Virus record (IMG/VR): IMGVR_UViG_3300027710_000025
Location: 7,314-71,313 of that record
Origin: a virus
Length of the DNA: 64,000 bases
Reading direction: 5' to 3' (one strand)
Below, in pieces: positions 37,440-47,313 of the stretch. The position numbers and the translations under genes are program-made. The notes beneath the pieces were generated by a model. The model searched no databases and was not told the DNA's origin. It saw only the letters and a list, made by a program, of their open reading frames with translations. The first letter of the stretch is position 1. Each line of letters starts with the position of its first letter.

Positions 37440-38363
37440 ATGCCTATATCACAGATATTAATGACAGCAGGCTCCGCCGGTGGCGGTAGTCCTCCAGCAG
37501 ACTTCACTGTCGAATGGTGGCAGAAGGTTGAAAACAACAACAACAATCCGCGTCCTTGGTCAGTGGGTCTATATCCTACACAACAGTTGGCTATAAGTTA
37601 CGAAAGTGGTCTCAATGACTACTTTTGGGTTAATGACAATTCTGTCAACAATACTGCACAGAGTCACATTGGAGCAGGGTGGCGTCATATAGCCTATGTG
37701 CGTAGTAGCGGTGTGATCCGAGGCTACATCAACGGCACACAATATACTCCAGACTTTGTCAGCACCGAACGGATAACTGGAACCAATGTACCATTATATG
37801 TGGGTACCGGTGAAACAGGTGCGGGCACCTACAAGGGCTATATTACCAATCTACACATTATGAAAGGTGTGGCCAAATACACCAGTCAATTTACACCATC
37901 AACAACGCCTGTACAACTTGCTACGGGTTCGGTGTTCTTACTGCCCGCATTGAATCAAAATAGTGAGTTTTATAATAGTGCCGAAACAGCAGTAGGATTT
38001 GAAACAGGATCGGTAACTTGGAGCAGTGACACACCATTTACTACGACAGAAGGTCCTTACATACAACTAAGCAATCAGTCGTCTACTAATATGATTGATT
38101 TCTCCGGCAGCAACTACAACAGTGATCTATTAAATGTCAAGGCAGGGTGGACAGTCAGCGACGGTGCTGGCCAAACAGGCACAGTGACCAGTGATGCCGT
38201 TGATATAGGCAACTACATTAGAATTGGTGTAAGTTTTACTCCAGCCGCTGGTATCTATACTTGGACATTTACACAGCCATCACCGGGTGGCAGTTTATAT
38301 TTTGACGGCTCTAGTTATCTCAACTATGGTGCTAGTGCGTACTGGGCAATAGATGCTCCGTGA
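37440..38363 (+). CDS. LamG/concanavalin A-like virion protein
   Basis: DFTVEWW..WRHIAYVRSSG..YING..GYITNL.I.KGVAKY. Confidence 0.8.
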   Translation: MPISQILMTAGSAGGGSPPADFTVEWWQKVENNNNNPRPWSVGLYPTQQLAISYESGLNDYFWVNDNSVNNTAQSHIGAGWRHIAYVRSSGVIRGYINGTQYTPDFVSTERITGTNVPLYVGTGETGAGTYKGYITNLHIMKGVAKYTSQFTPSTTPVQLATGSVFLLPALNQNSEFYNSAETAVGFETGSVTWSSDTPFTTTEGPYIQLSNQSSTNMIDFSGSNYNSDLLNVKAGWTVSDGAGQTGTVTSDAVDIGNYIRIGVSFTPAAGIYTWTFTQPSPGGSLYFDGSSYLNYGASAYWAIDAP

Positions 38364-38785
38364 TGCTAGACCTACCTAGAGATCTTGCTGAACAGATACA
38401 ACATCGGCGTGATCTAGATCCCCGTGATAGAGGAACGAGAGGCTGGCAGAGTAAACCTTACACTGACCAGCCTTTTCCATGGTTTGACAGTGTATATAGG
38501 GCTGTGGAAGCACAGGAAGGCCCAATAGATAGTTGGTGGTTTAATGTAAACACACCGGGCGAATATACAGGTTGGCACAGTCACAGTCGTTGGGCACGAG
38601 TAGGTGTACTGTATGTACAGGTTCCTGCGGGTGATATAGAGTTTAAGCAGGGTGGAGCATATTGGACAGAAACTCCTAAACCTGGTGATTTACTAGTATT
38701 TCCCGGAGATTTAGAGCATAGAGTTAAACCTAACACTAGCACTGACATAAGAATTAGTGTAGCATTCAACTTTAAGAAACGGTAA
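38363..38785 (+). CDS. putative 2OG-Fe(II) oxygenase
   Basis: WFNVN..WHSH..GVLY..PGDLLVFPGDLEHRV..RISVAFN. Confidence 0.85.
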   Translation: MLDLPRDLAEQIQHRRDLDPRDRGTRGWQSKPYTDQPFPWFDSVYRAVEAQEGPIDSWWFNVNTPGEYTGWHSHSRWARVGVLYVQVPAGDIEFKQGGAYWTETPKPGDLLVFPGDLEHRVKPNTSTDIRISVAFNFKKR

Positions 38786-38812
38786 ATACAGCAATAATTT
38801 CAGGATACAAAC

Positions 38813-39994
38813 ATGGCTTTAAGTTTTCCACCAAATCCCCAACCGGGCGATACCTACGTAGCTCCTAACGGCTATACTTATACATGGGACGGTACTAAGT
38901 GGTACGTATCTAGTAGCGGAACAAGTAGTGGCGGATCTGGTCCTTTTGTTGTCAAAGACGAAGGCAATATTGTAAACACAACCACTACAATACTTAATTT
39001 TGTGGGTAATGCAATTACTGCAACCAGCACAGGATCACAGGTTAACATCACAGTTTCTGCACAGGATTTAACAACTGCAACTACTGCAACATTAGGCGGC
39101 GTTAAGATCGGAACAGGAATTAGTATTACCAGTAGCGGAACTATCAGCGTAAGAGAAGGACTGCAATATTGGACAGAAAGTAAAACTGTAGTAGACAGCA
39201 GTCAAACAGCAGTGGTCAGCCTAATTGTTACCGGTACACAGACTAATATAGATGCAGTATTAAAAGCACAAGGATTAGGGGCTGTAGCCAACGACGACAC
39301 AGGAAATAAGCGTGGCGAATACGCAGTTGACTGGCAGAGAATTAGAAGCACAACAGATCAAGTAGCTAGTGGCAATTTTTCTGTTATTGGTGGCGGCAGC
39401 TTTAATCAGGCCACAGGATTACACAGCGTAGTCGTTGGGGGCAATAATAATACAGCTGATGCAGACTATGCATTGGTATTAGGCGGAGTTAACGGTAATG
39501 CTAGAGGCATTAAAGGTGCTGTGATTGTACCTCACTATGCCACAGGCGGACAGAGCAATTCAAGCGGTAAGATTCAAACAGGTCATTACCTACTAGGTGG
39601 CAATACTGTATTAAGTGCTAGCCCAGTAGACTTGACCACAGACGGTTCGGGTAACATAGATGCAACTAATCAGATCACACTGGTTGACAATTCGGCAATC
39701 TACTTCTCGGGCACAATTATTGCAAAAGAATTGTATCCTACAGCAAATCCAGAAATTGTAGTTTGGGATCTAAAAGGCACAGTGTATAGAAATGCAGGCA
39801 ATAGCACTACTAACTTATTGTCAATTGTGAACCCAACAGTGGTTAACGGCAATACTGCAACCACATGGCAAGTCAGTGTTACTACCGAAAACAATATTGG
39901 ATGCTTATTAGTACAGGTACAGGGGCCTAGCGACAAACAAATTCGTTGGGTAGCCAAGATAGAAACAATTGAACTAGCTGATGCAGGAATGTAA
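38813..39994 (+). CDS. tail fibre-like protein
   Basis: [33 protein letters not shown] repeats. Confidence 0.75.
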   Translation: MALSFPPNPQPGDTYVAPNGYTYTWDGTKWYVSSSGTSSGGSGPFVVKDEGNIVNTTTTILNFVGNAITATSTGSQVNITVSAQDLTTATTATLGGVKIGTGISITSSGTISVREGLQYWTESKTVVDSSQTAVVSLIVTGTQTNIDAVLKAQGLGAVANDDTGNKRGEYAVDWQRIRSTTDQVASGNFSVIGGGSFNQATGLHSVVVGGNNNTADADYALVLGGVNGNARGIKGAVIVPHYATGGQSNSSGKIQTGHYLLGGNTVLSASPVDLTTDGSGNIDATNQITLVDNSAIYFSGTIIAKELYPTANPEIVVWDLKGTVYRNAGNSTTNLLSIVNPTVVNGNTATTWQVSVTTENNIGCLLVQVQGPSDKQIRWVAKIETIELADAGM

Positions 39995-40002
39995 ATAACA
40001 CT

Positions 40003-40374
40003 ATGGAATTCTTAAAATCTCTAACTAAAAAACCTGTGGTACGTGAAAGCATCAGCTACGAAGATGCACTGTTAGCACGTTTGGAAAAAGAAGCTGACCG
40101 TGCAGCCAACATTGATAAAGTTGACACTGTTACTATGGACGTTCCGTTATTAATTCGTGTGTTTGAACTGGTTCGTGAAGATGTAAAAACAGACATGGAC
40201 CTGCATAATCTTGTTGAAAGGCTGTTATCCATTAAAGACAAAGGCACACTCACAATGGCAGATTACGAAACAGTCAGTGCTGCCCAAAGTAGCCCAGATT
40301 CGGGTCAGATGCCCAAGCAAGACGAAAGTGTTGACGTGAGCATGTTAAAAATGTTAGCAGGGATTAAACGATGA
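40003..40374 (+). CDS. hypothetical late protein
   Basis: ATG 5 nt after TAAATA; ends MLKMLAGIK. Confidence 0.75.
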   Translation: MEFLKSLTKKPVVRESISYEDALLARLEKEADRAANIDKVDTVTMDVPLLIRVFELVREDVKTDMDLHNLVERLLSIKDKGTLTMADYETVSAAQSSPDSGQMPKQDESVDVSMLKMLAGIKR

Positions 40375-40694
40375 AAGCTAGCGATATCATTAGAGAATTA
40401 TTATGTCTTATTGATATAATTGACGGAAAACAACAAGTTTCAGTAGCACCTGCACCTGAAATAACAGCAGTAGATCTAACACCTGCTACTGAACTAGACG
40501 ATGGGCCTCGTAGATTTAAACAGATCTTCGACATCCTGTCCGCTGAACGTAGTCAACAATACGACAACAGCCCTGCAGAAGTAATTGCAGGTATTGCCAG
40601 TGTAACAACTGACGCAGGCGGCAACGTCAAACACCCAGCTGATCTAAGAGTAAAAGATCCCAGCATGTATCCAAATTATCAAGGACCAAATTAA
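40371..40694 (+). CDS. hypothetical late protein
   Basis: starts MKASDIIRE. Confidence 0.7.
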   Translation: MKASDIIRELLCLIDIIDGKQQVSVAPAPEITAVDLTPATELDDGPRRFKQIFDILSAERSQQYDNSPAEVIAGIASVTTDAGGNVKHPADLRVKDPSMYPNYQGPN

Positions 40695-41002
40695 TGAGCC
40701 AATATTTTACACCGTTTCGTATCGACGAAGCCAGCACCGCAACAAACACAGTCAAGTATCAGACTGTTACATTAACAGCAGGTGCAGTCAGTACCAGTAC
40801 CGCAATTACATCTAGACGTATTGCTATCTCCAACGGAGCAAGCCCTGCGTTTATAGCATTTGGTGCAACACCAGTAGTCAGCACCAGCACAGGATTGCTA
40901 GTTCCTGCTAATACTTGTTTAACATTTAACTTCAAGAGCGGCGATAAAGTTGCGTTAATATCTGCATCAAACTCTGCCGTTAGCATTATTGATCTAGATT
41001 AA
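40694..41002 (+). CDS. small beta-rich virion-like protein
   Basis: 102 aa, TAATG coupled. Confidence 0.65.
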   Translation: MSQYFTPFRIDEASTATNTVKYQTVTLTAGAVSTSTAITSRRIAISNGASPAFIAFGATPVVSTSTGLLVPANTCLTFNFKSGDKVALISASNSAVSIIDLD

Positions 41003-41835
41003 TGGCACAAGAGATTCGTCAGAATACCACTAACTACCAGCATCCCCACGAACCTAACCTATTGAACGTCCATAAGGCTATGGACTATAACACTGACGGT
41101 AAGCCTGAACTGCGTGTTACTAACAGTTTAAGTTTAACCAGTGCTCCATGGTACTTACAAGTATCAAGAGGATTAGTTACTGGTGCTCGAAATGTATTCA
41201 AAGCAGGATACAATCCTAGTATTGCTAACAACACAGAAGAAAGCATATGGAGTCATAGTGTTGCTTATCCTTGGGCGTCCTGGGGAGCAGGTGGCACACT
41301 AAGTTGTGTTAGTTCCAGTGCTAGTGATACTGGAACATTATACATTACAGGATTAAAAGCCAGCGACTGGACTGAAGTAACAGAACTAGTAACAATGACA
41401 GGAACGACTCCTGTAGTTACTACTAATAGTTTTATACGTATCAACAGTTTGTCCTACAGTGGAAGTGATACCAACGTTGGTGAGATACACACATATAGAA
41501 ACGGCGGAGTAGTAGGCTATGTCGGAGCGGGTGAAGGGCAAGGCCAAATGGCTCAGTACACTGTACCTGCTGGATATACCGCATACTTGTTAAATGGTAG
41601 TACTAACATAGGCAAAGGTAACGACGGCTTTGGTAAGTTCAAGTATCGTATATACGGCGGATCATTCCAAACAGCCATAACATTCCTACTGTTTCAATCT
41701 ACGTTTGATTATACATTTGACGCACCATTAGCCCTGCCAGAAAAGACTGACTTAGATGTTACATTACTAGCAAGTGTATCTGGTACTGCCGCCGGTTGTG
41801 CTTACAGTTTAATTTTGATACAGAACGTACTATAA
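41002..41835 (+). CDS. putative virion structural protein
   Basis: 277 aa S/T/G-rich, YTVPAGYTAYL. Confidence 0.65.
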   Translation: MAQEIRQNTTNYQHPHEPNLLNVHKAMDYNTDGKPELRVTNSLSLTSAPWYLQVSRGLVTGARNVFKAGYNPSIANNTEESIWSHSVAYPWASWGAGGTLSCVSSSASDTGTLYITGLKASDWTEVTELVTMTGTTPVVTTNSFIRINSLSYSGSDTNVGEIHTYRNGGVVGYVGAGEGQGQMAQYTVPAGYTAYLLNGSTNIGKGNDGFGKFKYRIYGGSFQTAITFLLFQSTFDYTFDAPLALPEKTDLDVTLLASVSGTAAGCAYSLILIQNVL

Positions 41836-41864
41836 ATATTAGCACTTAATAAAAGGTATTTAAA

Positions 41865-42311
41865 ATGAAGAAATTATTAGCATTATTATTGTTAGTCCCA
41901 GTACTAGCATTTGCACAAAAAACACCAAAGGGTGTTACGTATGACGCACAGATTTTAAGAGTAAGCGATGGCGACACAGTTGTTATCGCAGCACCCTTTC
42001 TACCTGCACCGCTCAAGCCAGAATTGGCTGTCAGAGTCTTTGGGGTTGACACACCCGAAAAAGGATTCCGTGCTCAGTGCCCTTCAGAAGCACAGCGTGG
42101 GGAAGCAGCATCCGCTTTCACTAAAAATGCAATTGCCCAAGCAGCCGCACAAGGCGGAAAGTTTCAAGCAACACTTTATGGATGGGATAAGTTTGGTGGT
42201 CGTGTACTCGGTGACATTTTAATTAACGGACAAAGTCTACGTGCTGGATTAATTGCCAACGGCTTTGCACGTGAATACTACGGCGAAGCTAAACAAAGCT
42301 GGTGCCAATGA
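41865..42311 (+). CDS. thermonuclease (SNase-like) with signal peptide
   Basis: DGDT, RVFGVDTPE, DKFGGRVLG. Confidence 0.9.
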   Translation: MKKLLALLLLVPVLAFAQKTPKGVTYDAQILRVSDGDTVVIAAPFLPAPLKPELAVRVFGVDTPEKGFRAQCPSEAQRGEAASAFTKNAIAQAAAQGGKFQATLYGWDKFGGRVLGDILINGQSLRAGLIANGFAREYYGEAKQSWCQ

Positions 42312-42395
42312 AACAATTCCTAAATGATATCATTGAAGGGCTAGCAAGGTTCGGATGCGGACTAGCCGGACTTCCTTATCCAGCGGATTATCCTG

Positions 42396-42584
42396 ATGAG
42401 TAATGGCTATTACAATTTTTGGAAAGTAAAGAAAGAGCAGCCTAAATTCAGTGAAATGGAATTAGCACTGATGGAGGGCGGGCACAGCATAGAAAAACCT
42501 AAGAAAGAGACTTACTCATTTATCAAGTCTCTTACTGGTAAAGAACCCACCTTAGGGCCCGTTGTCGTAACGGTTAAGGCTTAG
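42396..42584 (+). CDS. hypothetical protein
   Basis: 62 aa, ELALMEGGHS. Confidence 0.55.
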   Translation: MSNGYYNFWKVKKEQPKFSEMELALMEGGHSIEKPKKETYSFIKSLTGKEPTLGPVVVTVKA

Positions 42585-42683
42585 GCCTAGGCGTCCGGAT
42601 GAATAAGACTGTACCCCGTCAGTGTACGCTGGAGAAAGTAACCAGCAATAATACGCTAACTGTAATTGTGAGATAACTACACT

Positions 42684-43427
42684 ATGTTCACATTAACTAG
42701 AAATTCACTAATAGTATTTCAAATACTAGCACACCTTTCATTTTTTATACTGCTTTACTACGGTACACTAGCACAATGGGCTATTGCGGCAGGATTGTAT
42801 CTTTTCTTTGCTACCATCGGCGGCACAGTAACTTACCATAGATTACTAACTCACAGATCGTTTAAAGCACCTAAGTGGTTTGAGTATTTTGGTACAGTAG
42901 TTGGATCCATTGGCGGCGGCGGATCCAGTTTAGGATGGGTAGCTGTGCATAGAGAGCACCACAAATTCACTGATCAAGAAAAAGACCCTCATAGCCCCTG
43001 GATTAAAGGATTTTTTAGAGTCCAATTCCTAAGCATGTTTGAGGTTCCTAATATTCGATATGTTCCTGATCTGTTGCGTTCTAAATTCCACATGTGGATG
43101 CATCATTACTACTGGCTAGTAAATTTAATTTATATCACCGTCATCTGCCTAATTGATCCGTTTGCTATTATCTATGCATACTTTGTTCCTACATTATTTG
43201 TATGGCATGCCGGCAGCTTTACCAATACAGTAAATCATTCTCTAGGATATCAAAATTTTGACACAGGTGATCGCAGCACTAATAATCTTATCACAGGATA
43301 TCTAATTGCCGGAGAAGGTTGGCATAACAATCATCATGCTCGTGCAAGCGATCCGCAGTTCGGCAAGAAGTGGTGGGAATTTGATTTAGGTTGGCAAGTA
43401 ATTAAGCTCGTGAAAAAGGACTCCTAG
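42684..43427 (+). CDS. membrane acyl-CoA/acyl-lipid (delta-9-type) desaturase
   Basis: His boxes HRLLTH, HREHH, HNNHH; DPHSP. Confidence 0.92.
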   Translation: MFTLTRNSLIVFQILAHLSFFILLYYGTLAQWAIAAGLYLFFATIGGTVTYHRLLTHRSFKAPKWFEYFGTVVGSIGGGGSSLGWVAVHREHHKFTDQEKDPHSPWIKGFFRVQFLSMFEVPNIRYVPDLLRSKFHMWMHHYYWLVNLIYITVICLIDPFAIIYAYFVPTLFVWHAGSFTNTVNHSLGYQNFDTGDRSTNNLITGYLIAGEGWHNNHHARASDPQFGKKWWEFDLGWQVIKLVKKDS

Positions 43428-43438
43428 GAGTCCTTTTT
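43413..43438. terminator. bidirectional terminator (perfect 26-bp palindrome)
   Basis: AAAAAGGACTCCTAGGAGTCCTTTTT. Confidence 0.85.
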
Positions 43439-43473
43439 ACATCTAAAATTATTTTTGGCTATGCCTTAATATA

Positions 43474-43749
43474 TTATTTTTTATTAGATGCACCTGCATT
43501 GACAAAACTATACATTTTTTCAGCAGTTTCTAAAACTTTTTCAAGTCCTGGATAACTTGGCATTTCTACCTTGCTAACGATTTGACCAGTCTTCTCATCG
43601 CGAGTAGCAGTCATTTCCCAGCCTTGGAATTTAGCATGGAAGTCTTCTTGTACTAGGCTTTTTGCCATGCCCAAGATGTCTGTACGGATTTCATAACCGT
43701 TCTTGTTGAATTTAACTTCTGGTAGCTTTGGGGTTTCAAAATTTGACAT
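43474..43749 (-). CDS. hypothetical protein
   Basis: 91 aa, AAGGAG SD, KNGYEIR motif. Confidence 0.75.
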   Translation of the reverse strand: MSNFETPKLPEVKFNKNGYEIRTDILGMAKSLVQEDFHAKFQGWEMTATRDEKTGQIVSKVEMPSYPGLEKVLETAEKMYSFVNAGASNKK

Positions 43750-43841
43750 ATTATTCTCCTTGTGTGTAATGTCTGTGTAAACAGCAACTTTGCTGTCTAT
43801 ATATTTATTATACATAGACTGCCTATGTATAGCAAATGATT

Positions 43842-44411
43842 TTAGAACTTTTTTGTTCGTTCCTGAATGATAGTAATTGCTTGTTCGCTGAGAACCACTT
43901 CATAATGATTATATTCTATTTCTATTAGTTCCATATCAGCGTGATGGCGTTGGCTAGCAATACTAACAACACCGTCATTGGGCTCTGTCATGAAAGCACT
44001 TTGACCCTTTACAGTGACTATGTTAGTCCATGGATGTTGAATCTTAATTTTGTTAGCCTGCTTCATTACCCAACTGCTAGGACCAATGTCACGCATTAGT
44101 CTGCTGAATGGCAAGAAATACTTTGCATAATCAGCTACTTCTGCCCCACCATACGGAGTACTGATAGTAACAGCACCTAATACTTGTTTGGGTATAGCAT
44201 TGGCAATATGTAGGGCATATATTCCGCCTAGACTATGTGCAACAAATGCAATATCTTTAACATTTTTTAGTTCTGACAACATGTCTTTGAGATTGTTTTC
44301 AAAACCGTTGCGGCTGTCGTAGTTGATATCTATACCGCTACCAATTTTATTTCTAATATAGTTGAAGCTTTCGCTAGTGGCATTGGCCCCGTGAATATAC
44401 ACCAAGTTCAT
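43842..44411 (-). CDS. alpha/beta hydrolase (lipase/esterase-like)
   Basis: IHG, AHSLGG, STPYGG, NDGVV, NH. Confidence 0.88.
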   Translation of the reverse strand: MNLVYIHGANATSESFNYIRNKIGSGIDINYDSRNGFENNLKDMLSELKNVKDIAFVAHSLGGIYALHIANAIPKQVLGAVTISTPYGGAEVADYAKYFLPFSRLMRDIGPSSWVMKQANKIKIQHPWTNIVTVKGQSAFMTEPNDGVVSIASQRHHADMELIEIEYNHYEVVLSEQAITIIQERTKKF

Positions 44412-44422
44412 GCCAATATTTA

Positions 44423-44542
44423 TTAGTTTCCGTATATGGCTTTAGCTTCTTCGATTTTACCTTGACGAGCAAGAATGGAGGCAGCACGAGCTTGACCAAT
44501 GCTTAGGCAAATTTCGTATAATGTGTTTAAAAAGTTTTTCAT
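44423..44542 (-). CDS. small hypothetical protein (39 aa)
   Basis: MKNFLNTLYE..., AAGGA SD, ATGA-coupled. Confidence 0.55.
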   Translation of the reverse strand: MKNFLNTLYEICLSIGQARAASILARQGKIEEAKAIYGN

Positions 44543-44715
44543 AGGTAAGATTCCTTTTGGGAGTTAAATTGTCGGATATAGTTTTCCAACTGTGCGGCAT
44601 CGGTAATGCCTTTGGTACTTAGATATTGATCTAAGCGAGTTTGATAGCTAGACCCTGGGAACATTTCGGATAGACGTTCCAACATGGCTAGCATTTTTTC
44701 TGATATGTACTTCAT
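44539..44715 (-). CDS. small protein, DUF3563-like
   Basis: 58 aa; RLDQYLSTKGITDAAQLENYIRQF; AGGA SD; family match from memory. Confidence 0.5.
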   Translation of the reverse strand: MKYISEKMLAMLERLSEMFPGSSYQTRLDQYLSTKGITDAAQLENYIRQFNSQKESYL

Positions 44716-44869
44716 ATTTTTCCTGTGTGTTAATGTGTAGTACTCATGGTTTCTACTGAGTATTTAGTAAGTATATGCTGCGACCGCACAAATTACAAGG
44801 TTTTAATACACCAATAAGTGTGCTATACTTGTTAACACATACGCTAAATATTAAAAAGGATTTACCACT

Positions 44870-45166
44870 GTGAAGAGAAACACTCGTAGTCTACTAGAAG
44901 AACTAAACGATATTGCAGTTAAAAAAGATACTGAAGCAGTTATCGAAAGTCGTGCCACACATGTGATAGACAGTGCTATCAATTTGATTCAGTCTATCAA
45001 AGAAAACTTTGATCCCGAAACTGCATACGAACTAGAGCGTAGACTGTTAAACAGTATCAAAGCCGCAGATCCTGCTAAATTTACACGTGGTATACGCAAA
45101 CTACGTGACAGTAAAGAAACAGCCAAGACTCTGAAGCTAGTCGAAGGCGATGTCAAAGATGACTGA
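44870..45166 (+). CDS. hypothetical late protein
   Basis: GTG start, AAGGA SD, upstream TAAATA. Confidence 0.75.
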   Translation: MKRNTRSLLEELNDIAVKKDTEAVIESRATHVIDSAINLIQSIKENFDPETAYELERRLLNSIKAADPAKFTRGIRKLRDSKETAKTLKLVEGDVKDD

Positions 45167-45259
45167 TTTTTGGGCATATCAGGCGTTTTTTTTAAATCGG
45201 ACTAAATAAAATTACAATGCTCCTGAGCGGAGCTTGGCATTACGATTAAGGAGATTATT

Positions 45260-45643
45260 ATGCCTGGTATTAATAGAATTCACGGTGGAGTTACAGCAGA
45301 ATTTCTGATGAGTGCTTACCAACAAACATTTATCAAGATCACTGGAACTGGTATTGGTACAGCTGACAGCGTAAACGGTACAACTGGTGCTATCACTGAT
45401 GGGAACTTCAGCAAGTCCATCCGTGCTATCCAAACTATCGCTACAACAAGCTGGATTGGCCCACGTGCTGATAACGGTTTTGTAATTATGGTTGACGGTG
45501 CAACAGCTCAGCCTACTGGTCCAGCTTATGACACAGACAGCAGCCCAACATTTGCTGAACGTCTAGCAGCAGTGCTAGATGCAGCTACTGGCGTAACAAC
45601 TACTGTTGTTGTTCCTGGTATGTTAGCAGCTAACGTATCTTAA
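45260..45643 (+). CDS. putative abundant virion protein
   Basis: TAAATA at 45203, AAGGAG SD, strongly biased codons, own terminator. Confidence 0.65.
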   Translation: MPGINRIHGGVTAEFLMSAYQQTFIKITGTGIGTADSVNGTTGAITDGNFSKSIRAIQTIATTSWIGPRADNGFVIMVDGATAQPTGPAYDTDSSPTFAERLAAVLDAATGVTTTVVVPGMLAANVS

Positions 45644-45663
45644 TTCGTTAAGTTACACGAGAC

Positions 45664-45690
45664 AAGGGAGTTTTTACTCCCTTTTCTTTT
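45664..45690 (+). terminator. intrinsic terminator
   Basis: AAGGGAG..CTCCCTT followed by a T tract. Confidence 0.8.
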
Positions 45691-45722
45691 GACTATAAAT
45701 ATCTACATAAAGTAGGTACATA

Positions 45723-46145
45723 ATGCAAGTAATTGAAATAAAAACTCTAATCGATATCACCGATACAGGAGTACGCAGACCTAGTCAAGGAACACAGCAA
45801 CAAGGCGATCAATTTAAAAATTGGATCACATTAAAGCAGTGCGTGGAATTACGCAGCGTAGTAGAGTACGACCAAGTACCAACAGTTGACACTGTGGATA
45901 TTAAGGGCCTGGGATTTGGCAGAGTATACAAAGGTAAGCACTCTGTATGGACATGGAGACTGCGACCAGACCGCGACGGCATTTATGCAGACTCAACTGG
46001 TCCAATTGGCAGCTTACTTGGAGATATCGACCAAGTGCCAATTATTCAAAAGTTAACCGAAACTATAAATATAGACAAGCCGGTTTTTGATCTAACGGAT
46101 CCGGAGTTTAAAAATACAACTATCAAATTGCTAGGTAGTGATTAA
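45723..46145 (+). CDS. hypothetical late protein
   Basis: TATAAATA at 45694-45701. Confidence 0.75.
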   Translation: MQVIEIKTLIDITDTGVRRPSQGTQQQGDQFKNWITLKQCVELRSVVEYDQVPTVDTVDIKGLGFGRVYKGKHSVWTWRLRPDRDGIYADSTGPIGSLLGDIDQVPIIQKLTETINIDKPVFDLTDPEFKNTTIKLLGSD

Positions 46146-46169
46146 ACAATTTAGATAGGAAAATCAACA

Positions 46170-46547
46170 ATGGGGAAAGTTATTAACATGCCTACTCAAG
46201 CAGAAAGACTGAGCGTAGTCGAAACAAAGGTGCACCATGTGAACGAAAAGCTCGACGATTTAAAAGTAGACGTAAAGGAAATGCACGACTGCCTTGACAA
46301 TACTCGAGATACAGTACTTGCACAGTTAAATGTGATGACTGATGAGTATCGTACTAATGCCTCTAAATATTATGAACACGCTAATCAGCTGAACGATAAA
46401 CAATCTGCACAGCACGAAGAGCTGGCCGGTAAGATTGATGAATTAGAAAAATTTAAAAACAAATGGACATATATGTTACTAGGCGGTGCAGCCGTGCTAG
46501 GTTGGGTAACTGGCCATATAGATAAAATTGCGAGCTTCGTAAAATGA
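46170..46547 (+). CDS. coiled-coil protein with C-terminal TM helix (holin-like?)
   Basis: heptads followed by WTYMLLGGAAVLGWV. Confidence 0.55.
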   Translation: MGKVINMPTQAERLSVVETKVHHVNEKLDDLKVDVKEMHDCLDNTRDTVLAQLNVMTDEYRTNASKYYEHANQLNDKQSAQHEELAGKIDELEKFKNKWTYMLLGGAAVLGWVTGHIDKIASFVK

Positions 46548-47110
46548 GAGCTAGAGAATTCCTACTCAAAGAAGCAGAGCCCACATTGGCAGATGCATTA
46601 AGAGCTGCCGCTGCACAGCAACAGGCAGCACAGCAGCCTAAACTAGGACAGCCTACAGATCCTAATGCAGTTAAACAAGGAGTAGGAGCACAGCCCGCAC
46701 AAGGTTCTGCTAGTCCAACTCAGGTTACTCCGGGCGGTACACAACCTGCTGCAAAGAAACCAATGGGCATCGGACAGTCGTTTATTTCCGGATTAACCAA
46801 AGGCAAAGCTGATAGTTTAGGAGGTGTTGCTAGCATGGCAAAGCAGGGTATTAAAAATGCGGCTGCAAATCAACTAGGACTTAGGGGTACTGTAAACGCA
46901 ATGGGTGGTCAACAAGCAGCAGCACCTATGCAAAAGCCAGAAGATTTAGGAATGGCACTAAAGCCGGGACAGACTATAGACTTACCTAATGTGGGCAAAA
47001 TTAAAGTAACTAAGAGTGGACCGCAGGGTATTGAACTGGATACTAGTCAAGCAACCAGCATCGGAGTACCTAAGTTGACATTGAATCCTAAAGACTTACT
47101 ACAAAAATGA
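46544..47110 (+). CDS. Q/A/G/P-rich putative internal head protein
   Basis: starts MRAREFLLKE. Confidence 0.6.
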   Translation: MRAREFLLKEAEPTLADALRAAAAQQQAAQQPKLGQPTDPNAVKQGVGAQPAQGSASPTQVTPGGTQPAAKKPMGIGQSFISGLTKGKADSLGGVASMAKQGIKNAAANQLGLRGTVNAMGGQQAAAPMQKPEDLGMALKPGQTIDLPNVGKIKVTKSGPQGIELDTSQATSIGVPKLTLNPKDLLQK

Positions 47111-47313
47111 AAATAGTTCAACTTTTAGATGTTGCCATGCCACTTACTAACGAAGAACATAACTTCTTAGAAAACCACACAGGTAAAATTAGAATTACAG
47201 GTCTAACAGAACGTGATCAGGTTGTTGCCAGAAATCTAGTGCGTAAAGGAATTTACGAAATAAGTAACGATAATGAACACATTTTCAAAACGTCAAATGA
47301 AAAAAATTCCTGA
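47107..47313 (+). CDS. hypothetical protein
   Basis: 68 aa, coupled. Confidence 0.65.
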   Translation: MKIVQLLDVAMPLTNEEHNFLENHTGKIRITGLTERDQVVARNLVRKGIYEISNDNEHIFKTSNEKNS

